Part shown: piece after piece, positions 1 to 8,592 of the stretch | Position numbering within the stretch: position 1 is the first letter of the stretch | How the letters are laid out: each line of letters opens with the position of its first letter | Assembly: GCA_020536535.1 (NCBI GenBank) | Contig: JAHLWZ010000940.1 | Span: 1-40,272, forward strand | Direction of reading: 5' to 3' | Length of the DNA: 40,272 nucleotides | DNA from: Pelomyxa schiedti | Lineage: Eukaryota; Protista; Evosea | Program-made: the position numbers and the translations under genes | Notes under the pieces: generated by a model | Databases searched by the model: none | What the model was told of the DNA's origin: nothing | The model's input: only the letters and a program-made list of their open reading frames with translations

Positions 1-273
1 TTGGCTGGTGCCTGTTAGCTTGAACGCACTCGTTCCCGTGAATGACCATAATTAGTTGGCCAACTTGGCGCCCAATCACCGCGGCGAGATTCCCTGAATC
101 CATCGGCCATCACTCCTCACAATTGCCTGTTTATTGGCATTCACGATGTGTTAATACCAAACGCAAAGGCCGTTCCTCGTCGGTTCTTCACAAAAATTTT
201 GTTATTGCACCGTTTGAATGTCGTTTTTCCTTTTGAAATTACGTGGCACAATTTTTGTGAAGTTCGGCTTCTG

Positions 274-1871
274 ATGACGATGCACCAACAGCAGCCGGAA
301 GAGGGGAAAAGCCAGGGACGATATGGGTGCTCCAGCGGGTGTGTAGTGCCAATGAGCTTGTATGAGAGCCAGGGCTCCAGGAAGAGTATGGAGGACAGGG
401 GGATTGCGTTATGGGATCAGGGGAGGGGCTGCTTGATTGTGGGAGTGTTTGATGGTCACGGGGGTAAGGCTTGTAGCAAGTACTGCGCTGATTCATGGTA
501 ATTATGGGTGTTGGTGGTGGTCACGGTTTTTGTTTGACAATGCCGGGGTTGGGAATGTTCTGTTTGTACTCAAATTGGTGCGTAGGTACAGGATATTTGC
601 TTGTTTTCATGATGTGGGAACACCCTTTGGTGTGGCCTGGTGTTTGTGTTTTATTTCTGTTGACTTAGACCTTTTGGAAGAAGAAGCAATGAGGCTGACT
701 TGCATTGAGTGTGAGAGGACATTCTTTGAACAATTTCCGGGTGACAACTCAGGTTGCACTGCAACGGTGGGAATACTGGTTATATCAGATGGAAAAGATT
801 CCTTTACAGGGAGTGATTTATATCTCTGCCAGGTGATTTCTTTAGAAATTCCTCTGCGAGTAATTCCAGAAAGGTGGGAGACAGTAGCGCTGCTGTAGTG
901 ACGGTCAAAGGTAACAAGCACAAGTGCAAGCAAGTCACGCAGGAGCACCACTTGGAGGTAGGATACCAAAATCGTGGGGGGAAAATAACGCAGGCAGACA
1001 ATGGAAACAGAAGTTACACGTGTTCAGAAAGCCGGAGGCTACTTTGAACCAAAGGTTATCGAAACTACGCAACAAACAGTTTATTACGTCCACAAACCTG
1101 GTGTAATCGGTACGCTATCTGATAAATACTCTCGATTCTCAGCAACAATTCCTTTCAAAAGGGGGGCTTGCTATGACAAGATCAATTGGTGACCGCGAGC
1201 TCAATGACATTGTACCATGCAAACCAGATATCTATCACAGGAAGGTATTCCAGAAAATACAATTGTAAATATAGAGCGATGGATTCGATAACCATTCTTT
1301 GTGATTAAATCCAGCACTGTGTAACACTCATTATAAGATTGGAGATGACGACAGGTTATTGGTGATTGCGAGCGATGGATTATGGGACTGCGTATCCAAC
1401 CAGGAGATCGAGCAGATACTTGATCAGTGGCAGGACGAAAGTGACAACACCTCTTCAGACGATACAGACAAAGAAGAAGATGACGAATATTGGTGCAGCG
1501 GCGATACATCCTCCCATGATGCCGCCAACTACAGTGGCAACAATGGCAACAATGGCAACAAACACCAGTGCACATGTGCCCCGGGCTCGGCCTCAGCCTC
1601 TACAAGCGGCACTGGCACAGGCGCGCTCTCTGTGGCAAGTCACTACACGCGAGTGGAGCAGATTCCCAACGTGGCCGGCGCGCTGGGGCTCGTGGCGGCG
1701 GAGCACCCGCACCAGGACAACAAAGTGGTGATCGCAGCCCACCTCGACGCGTACTTTGCAGGGCCCGCCACGCCACAGCACAGCTCAGCCGCCAGTGGCA
1801 ACTTCGCATTCATAACCACATGCAACGTGCCTGGCATTGCCACTCGGTGCCCCCCAACATACACTGTTTGA
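274..1871 (+). CDS. Protein phosphatase 2C (PPM family), multi-exon
   Basis: PP2C motifs in order across exons: QGSRKSMED, GVFDGHGG, SGCTA, CQ|VGDS, TRVQKAGG, GLAMTRSIGD, LVIASDGLWD, QDNKVV. Canonical GT-AG introns give a continuous frame (e.g. 833-873, 958-997, 1103-1142, 1245-1337). Start could be ATG 274 or 280. Confidence 0.9.
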
Positions 1872-1949
1872 AAAGCACACCTTTGTGCACAGCAGATGGC
1901 AGTATAATAGAACCGCGTTTGCCGACGTGTTCTTTCCTAAAATTTTAGC

Positions 1950-2900
1950 CCAGGGCCGGCGGTCTGGTTTTTTTTTTCACCCACTTGGTTCCATCCAACT
2001 GTACCTGCCCCTCACCGTTCCAGATTTGAGAATTATTGGCTTGTTCTCTATGCACCCTCACGGCAACTTCTCTGTGCCGCTTGACTGTCCCTTCTATGAC
2101 TTGTATTTGGGTGTTGACAAGTAACCACAAAAAAAACCACAACAACAGCAATACCGCCTCCCACATGGTATCTACTCCCAGTTTCACATCAACTCGACCA
2201 AGCTGGTGTTTGGTTGCGCAAAAGGCTCCGAAATCCCGTCGCTGGCAGTGAAGAACTGTCTTTTGTGTCTCCATGTCATGGCATTCCAGGTAACCCATTG
2301 TCTTCCCAATTATATCTCCTTCCTGTTCACCTTGTTCTATCTCACAGGGATCAATCAATCCCACTTGACTGAAAATTTACCGGCTCATGGAAACTGTGCT
2401 TGCAGGGGAAGCGTTTGAGCGCTGTTCAAACTTGCTTTTTGAATACTACGCACGTTAATATTCCAAAGAATGAGGAAACAGTGCTACCGCGAACCCCACT
2501 ATAATTTCCAATCCGGAAACCCTCTGTTCACTGTCTTCATCACCGAGTTGGTTTGCAAATGAATCAGCAGAGAATTTCACAGCCGAGTCGGGGCAAAATG
2601 GCTTGTAAGCTGTCCCTGCACTCTGCTTTGATGATCATTCTCATTTTATTTGAACAAGTTGCTCCTTCTTGGCATGGAATACCCAGAGTACAGAAGAATC
2701 TTATTGACAGAGTTACATGACATTATCTATTTGTTGGCATTGCCGTCCTTCCCTCTTGGAAGACCCAGTAACGTAACACTCTTCTTTCTCATATCTCTGC
2801 ACTCACAGTCACATACCAGGGTACGTCTTCCCCGAAATATCCAGAAGTTATCTCACTGTGGAACCAACTCCTCAAATATGAACAGAAGGTTGTCTCTTGG
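1950..2900 (-). CDS. Probable multi-exon gene of unknown function (boundaries approximate)
   Basis: Protein-like open stretches flanked by GT/AG signals on the minus strand (AYKPFCPDSAVKFSADSFANQLGDEDSEQR; GDIIGKTMGYLECHDMETQKTVLHCQRRDFG; VIEGTVKRHREVAVRV). I could not build a full model or recognise a family. Confidence 0.35.
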
Positions 2901-3074
2901 CACAGTCTAATGTGCCGGACTCGATGAAATTTCCAACATAAATCACAAACACAAAAAAAAAAAAAAAAGGAGAGATGTCGACGTCGAGGCACAGCCTTGG
3001 GACCGGGCGTACAGTTCACGGTGCAGGCCATTCACCAAACAGCCGAGATAAAAGAGTTTACAGCGACATCGCTT

Positions 3075-4886
3075 ATGTTGAGGCAGATGGAGGACCCCGG
3101 GGAGGCGACGCGCCAGTGGAAAGGCCACAAATACCTGGGCGCCTTCGTGGACGAAACCAGTGGCATGACCTTCTTTGCCAAGCAAACCTGGGGGGCGGGG
3201 ACTGGGTCGGGACTGGGACTGGGACTGGGAGAGGCAGTAGAGATCTCGGCCTACAAGGTGGCACATTCATCGGCTCTGGCGTCGCGGCACGTTTCGCCGT
3301 TGGTGATTGTGGGACACTTCACTGGAAGCAGTGCGGAGGTTATTCTGGTTCTCAGTGTTGGCAGGACTTACCTCGACAACAACAACGCCAGTGACCCGGA
3401 CGTAGTGCACAGAGTCGTGAGCGCCGTGGCGGCGTTGAATCGCGCCGGTATTCTAGTTATGGACCTGAAACCACAGCACATAGTCGTTCCACCAGACGCA
3501 AATCTTCCTGTAAAAATTGTAGATTTTGACCTTGCCGAAGTAGAACCCTCACCTGGTGAGACTCCTTCCACAGCAGCAAAAATGGAGTACAAGTGCACGA
3601 CGAACCACCCACCGCTGTTCGAAGGTAACGCTCTGTGGGCGTCCATTTTCCAACACATGGGCCTTCTTCACGATCCCGCGTGTGATCTGCAGTCTTTGTG
3701 CTTCATTTTTCACTCCCTTATGCACCCTGAAGATCTAATCTGGCCAGTGCCGCCAACTTCACCTGACAAAAAGGCAGACTACTCCAAAGTTGAGAGATTT
3801 TGGGCGCTCTTGCGTAAATTGAAGCTGCTGTTACATATCCCCAACACCTTCACTAGCCAACACCCTTCATCTGAGTTATGGTGGCTGGAAAAGGCCAAAC
3901 TGTTGTGTGAGGCAAGGGTAGCAGGTTGCAGCAACTACACAGAGCTTGTTGATATTTTAATGACACCCCATCATCGACCACAAGGGGGAGGAGCGGACTG
4001 CAACGAGCTCCAGCACCTTCAAATCATCACTACAACCACTTCAGAAATAGGAAGCTCACTTCTACCACCTGCGCAACAACAAAACCAAGCCAACAACAAA
4101 AGAAGGACCTCTCCAGAACCGTATGACTCAATAGAAGCACAATCCTACGGTAACATTGAAAGTAGCATACATATTTCCTGCGAAATGAAGCCATCAGTAT
4201 TAGAGTCTGACCGCATCGATAGTTTCGCAAAGGAAGGAGGCTCCAAGTTGGTTGAAAGTCGTACACGACAGAAGTTGAGTGAGATTTTTGGTATACAGCT
4301 CGAAGCAAGGCCAGCCTCTCGTGAAGAAAACTATGAATTGGATTGCCTTGGTACGGTTGATGATGAAAAAGAAGAACAGTTTCATTCCCAGTGCCTGTCT
4401 GAATATCGCTGGCACATGTTCATTCCTGATGACCGATTATGTGAATCTTTACTATGCCCAACCTCTATTGCTCTCACTACCAACAACGACGTGGCACCGC
4501 AAACAAGTGACAAAGGAAGTAACAAAACTACTACAAATACCAACAACGGGAAAACCTACACCAAGTCCGTCCTGTGTGAGATTGCCTATGTGCCGGAGTG
4601 CTTTTCCGTTCGCCAAGGCAGAGCCAAATTACAATCTAAGTTCGAGCAACTGCAATTGCATATGCTGGACGTGATGAAGCTGGACGAATCGGCACTGCCA
4701 CTTTGTTTGGCCTTTGGCAATAATGCACAGAAGCAACAGGCCATGAAATGGACATGCGGTCTCGTGATTTCGACACCGCACCCTCAGCTTGCAGAAATAG
4801 CATGGCTCGAATTTGCGAAGAGCAACCCGTGCTGGTTGACTGTCATGGCAGCATTGGGCAGGTTGGAATTTTTTTCTCCTTGTTAA
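3075..4886 (+). CDS. Intronless atypical protein-kinase-like protein with uncharacterised C-terminal domain
   Basis: Single ORF (track 2997..4886; first ATG 3075). FFAKQ (beta3 Lys), LNRAGILVMDLKPQHI (catalytic loop), VKIVDFDLA (DFG position), DLQSLCFI (subdomain IX). Confidence 0.75.
   Translation: MLRQMEDPGEATRQWKGHKYLGAFVDETSGMTFFAKQTWGAGTGSGLGLGLGEAVEISAYKVAHSSALASRHVSPLVIVGHFTGSSAEVILVLSVGRTYLDNNNASDPDVVHRVVSAVAALNRAGILVMDLKPQHIVVPPDANLPVKIVDFDLAEVEPSPGETPSTAAKMEYKCTTNHPPLFEGNALWASIFQHMGLLHDPACDLQSLCFIFHSLMHPEDLIWPVPPTSPDKKADYSKVERFWALLRKLKLLLHIPNTFTSQHPSSELWWLEKAKLLCEARVAGCSNYTELVDILMTPHHRPQGGGADCNELQHLQIITTTTSEIGSSLLPPAQQQNQANNKRRTSPEPYDSIEAQSYGNIESSIHISCEMKPSVLESDRIDSFAKEGGSKLVESRTRQKLSEIFGIQLEARPASREENYELDCLGTVDDEKEEQFHSQCLSEYRWHMFIPDDRLCESLLCPTSIALTTNNDVAPQTSDKGSNKTTTNTNNGKTYTKSVLCEIAYVPECFSVRQGRAKLQSKFEQLQLHMLDVMKLDESALPLCLAFGNNAQKQQAMKWTCGLVISTPHPQLAEIAWLEFAKSNPCWLTVMAALGRLEFFSPC
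3190..3229 (+). repeat. G-rich hexamer repeat (GGGACT)n, potential G-quadruplex, encodes GTGSGLGLGLG
   Basis: gggggg cgggg act ggg tc ggg act ggg act ggg act ggg: more than four G3 runs with short loops. Confidence 0.7.
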
Positions 4887-5061
4887 TTGCCGTTCTCTGG
4901 GCCCTTATGGCACAAGCTCACACATCACCATAGGTTCTTCTTTTCAGTGAGCAATGGATTTGTTGATTGGAAATCGCTAAGCATTGCCCATGGTACTGTT
5001 TTTTTTTTTTTTGTTAAATCTTCAATACACCATCATTGATGTGTGCTGATACACTACAGTC

Positions 5062-5970
5062 ATGTGCCAGAGAGCCAGATCTGTATCCAGCAGCATCGAG
5101 AAGAGGCTAATTGCAACAAGCAATGAACTTTCTCGCATAAAAGCAGACTATGACAGGGAGCTTTCTCACATCAAAGCAGACTATGACCTGGAGCTTTCTC
5201 ACATCAAAGCATACTATGACCTGGAGCTTTCTCGCCAAAAAACAGACAATGACAGGGATCTCACTAAGTGCAGAGAAGACTTCAAGAAACAGATCAAAGA
5301 GCTTTCTCACCAAAAAGCAGACGATGACAGGGATCTTGCTAAGTTCAGAGAAGACTTCAAGAAACAGTCCAAAGATTTGAAAGTGGCAAGGAAGGCTTTG
5401 CAAACCACAACAGAGAAAGCCAGTGAACAAATGCAGAAAATGCAGGATGACATGAATAAACTGACAGAGCACCTGGCAAAGAAGGAAGGTGACATGAGTA
5501 AACTGACAGAGCAACTGGCAAAGAAGGAAGGTGACCTGAGTAAACTGACAGAGCTACTGGCAGAGAAGGAAGGTGACATGAGTAAACTGACAGAGCAACT
5601 GGCAGAGAAGGAAGGTGACATGAGTAAACTGACAGAGCAACTGGCAAAGAAGGAAGGTGACCTGAGTAAACTGACAGAGCAACTGGCAAAGAAAGAAGGT
5701 GACCTGAGTAAACTGACAGAGCAACTGGCAAAGAAGGAAGGGGATCTAAATAAACAGGCAGCTGAATACGCCGAAGTGATGCAAACATTACAGGCAACTA
5801 AAGAGAAATTAAAGGAAAGGAAAGAAGCATTGCGGAAAAAGCTCGAAGACAAAACGAACCCTTCCAAGCAATCCGTTCCTCCGTTCATTGTGGTGCTCTT
5901 CCTGATAGGACTACTGATTGTCGCACTTCTCTTGGTATTGATTGCCGTGGTTTACGTGAGACTTGGATAA
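5062..5970 (+). CDS. Intronless tail-anchored coiled-coil repeat protein
   Basis: 302-aa ORF. 11-aa, about 25-aa and 14-aa tandem repeats with heptad character. C-terminal hydrophobic segment (FIVVLFLIGLLIVALLLVLIAVVYV) ends 3 aa before the stop. Confidence 0.85.
   Translation: MCQRARSVSSSIEKRLIATSNELSRIKADYDRELSHIKADYDLELSHIKAYYDLELSRQKTDNDRDLTKCREDFKKQIKELSHQKADDDRDLAKFREDFKKQSKDLKVARKALQTTTEKASEQMQKMQDDMNKLTEHLAKKEGDMSKLTEQLAKKEGDLSKLTELLAEKEGDMSKLTEQLAEKEGDMSKLTEQLAKKEGDLSKLTEQLAKKEGDLSKLTEQLAKKEGDLNKQAAEYAEVMQTLQATKEKLKERKEALRKKLEDKTNPSKQSVPPFIVVLFLIGLLIVALLLVLIAVVYVRLG
5125..5256 (+). repeat. Coding tandem repeat, 4 x 33 nt (ELSHIKADYDL-like)
   Basis: Units start at 5125, 5158, 5191 and 5224. 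Confidence 0.9.
5449..5754 (+). repeat. Coding tandem repeat, 7 x 42 nt plus a partial unit (DMSKLTEQLAKKEG)
   Basis: Near-identical units start at 5449, 5491, 5533, 5575, 5617, 5659 and 5701, with a partial unit from 5743. Confidence 0.95.
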
Positions 5971-6132
5971 TCCCACTGGGCAAGTCTGCCCCACAAAAGA
6001 TTCCTTTTGTTACCACTGGGTTATCTTCTAGGGTGCGCTTGGTTAAGTTTGGGAAGCTTCGGACAAAGACAAAAAGACAAGAAAAAAAAAGTTGTTTTCT
6101 TAAAGAACAAGTAGCTCGAGCACGACATTGAA

Positions 6133-8204
6133 TCAACAGCCCACTGAGAAAGGTAAGTGTTGTGGAACTTAGTTTTTGTTGTGTTTAGGGGCATACTGTA
6201 TGTGGACGTGTCGATCTCATCAGGGAGCTCGGGGACTTCTACGACGAAGCGGGATTGAACATCGTTCAACACGTCGCCGTCGGCTTTACTAGAAACAAAA
6301 GAGATGGCAAGACCCTTGGTGCCGAACCTGCCAGCTCGTCCAACCTGTAAAAAGTCAGTGTATGGAAAAAGGAAGTGCTGGTGGATTACCCTGTGGAGGT
6401 AGGAATCAGAATCTTCGGTCATATCGTAGTTGATTACAACGTTCACACGAGGAATATCTACACCACGGCCAAGCAAGTTGGTTGACACCATGATCCTGAA
6501 CTGGAAGTCCTTAAACTTGCGGTAGCGCGAAATTCTGTAATGACGATTCAGTATTATGGCGCGGGGCCGACGTCGTCTACCTTTCGTCTTGTTGGAGCTG
6601 GCTGTGGATGCAAATTGAGGGGAAGTTGCAGTCGCGGAGAAGTCGGTCGAGTTCAGCTGCGCGGGGTACACTCTTCACAAAAATAATGCACTGGTTGAAC
6701 TCAAGGGCATCAAGCAGGTCGACAAGTTTCCTGTTCTTCTCATTTTCGCCGAGTTGGATGTAGTACTGCTGCAGACCCTCAAGTGTGAGCTTGGCACCAT
6801 CATCAATGTAAATCTCAAGTGGCTGTACCAAACAAATTCAGTGTTACTGGGCAGTTCTGATTGATATAGAAGTATATCTCACATTGTGCATAAACTTCTT
6901 GCAGATTGTCCTGATGTCTGGGGGCATGGTGGCCGAGAACATCATCACCTACTCACAGATCAGGTTTCCTTTTCCTTCCTAACTGGGCGTCCTACCTGTT
7001 TGTCATGTGGGGTCATCTTGAAGATCTCTTGGACGTCAGCACGCATTGTCAGAGTGCACAACATTTTGTCGCACTCATCAAGAACGAAGTGCTTGACTCG
7101 TCGAAGCTCTAAGAACCCCTCTTTGGCAAGTTGCTTCACTCGACCTGGTGTTCCAATTACTATGTGAGGTACGGTTCCCCTGAGTAAGTCCTACGTAGGT
7201 GCGTTAGTACAACGAAAACCGTAGGAAAATAAGATACCCTGTGAGAAGCAACAGGAACGCCTCCATAAAAGACCAAAGTCTTGATGTGTGGAAGATACTT
7301 GCAGAATCGCTCGAACTCGTTGCAGATCTGGAAAGCCAGCTCTCTTGTGTGGCAAAGCACAAGCGAGGATGTGCACTTGGGATCTGGGTCCTGCTGTAAT
7401 ATCGCGATAACTACGACAATCGTGAGGATGAATAGGAATCAGAAAAGGCATACCAAACACAGCTGTTTTGCCCATTCCGCTCTTGGCTTGGCAGATTACA
7501 TCTGTTCCAAGGATCGCCTGTGGGATAGCCTCATGCTGCACTGTTGAAAAGGTTGGTTGTTGTGTATTGCACCTTGGAGCTCCAAGTTTTAACACCACAG
7601 AACATGCCCGACAATGACCCGGGCTCAGAGCGTCTCCCAATCACAAAGGGTAGAGTGAAGGTGATGAAGGTAGTGGTGCATTCTAGGGAGAAGGGCGCGC
7701 GGTGTTTGCACGTTAATTTAACACCAGACCTTCTGACGGGTGCTCAAAACCGTTGTCCACAATAGTGCGCAACAATTCAGGTTTCAACAAGAAATCTCGG
7801 AATGAAGACAGAGTCATTGTGTAAGCCAAATCTCTTTATCGCAGTGAGTAAAGAAAAATTGAGAAGCGCAGAAATTTTGTGCGAAGGCCAGCGCAAGTGG
7901 CGTATACAGTTTTTTCTGAACTGTTTCCACGTGGGGATTCCGAAGGGAGGATGTTGAATATAGTGTGGGGATTGGATGACGTTGAAACCAAGGACTATTT
8001 GACTCACTTCTTGTGGGCATCGACTTTAGCGTCTTTCACGGCAGCGGTTGGAGCAGACTCATCGTCGCTTTTGTATTCCTCGAGTTCGGTAATATCGACG
8101 GCCGGTGCGTCTTTCGCGGCGGGTTTGGCGACTTCGGGTTTTACAGCGACGGTAGCCTTGACGCCGGACATAGGAATGTCCTCCTTAGCAGCTGTTGCAG
8201 ACAT
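6133..8204 (-). CDS. UAP56: DEAD/DECD-box RNA helicase UAP56/Sub2 (DDX39), multi-exon
   Basis: [18 protein letters not shown]|[49 protein letters not shown]|[25 protein letters not shown]|[14 protein letters not shown]. All introns are GT-AG. Stop TGA at 6135-6133. Confidence 0.97.
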
Positions 8205-8592
8205 GATAGATCCTTGGTTTCTCTCCGGTGTTCGGTTGGTTGGTTTTTTTTAAGTTTTATCTTGCTTTTTCTTTGTTGCAGGCAACTCCTCTCTTCCTTT
8301 TTTTTCTGCCTTTCCGAAGACTGAGAAAAAATACACTGAAATTGCAAGTGCGGATCTGAGGTACCCCTGAGCCTCCTGATCCCAACCAATCCGAACCACC
8401 CCATCTTGCCACCCAACGTCTACTCGTGATTTTTCAAAGTGTGTTTCGCACTTGAACAACTTGTTAAGCTATGTATTGTTCAATGCCATCCTGAGGTGAG
8501 TTCCTCTCGAAGGCGACGCACTTGTTGTTGGACAGTCGCCAGTCCGCACCCACAAACAACCACAAAAAAACGGAATCTGAGAAATCCCTTGG

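Noticed and set aside
2480-2640. Possible snRNA or snoRNA-like segment (CCCACTATAAT upstream, TGATGA near the end)
   Set aside because: Better explained as a minus-strand coding exon. No recognisable RNA family.
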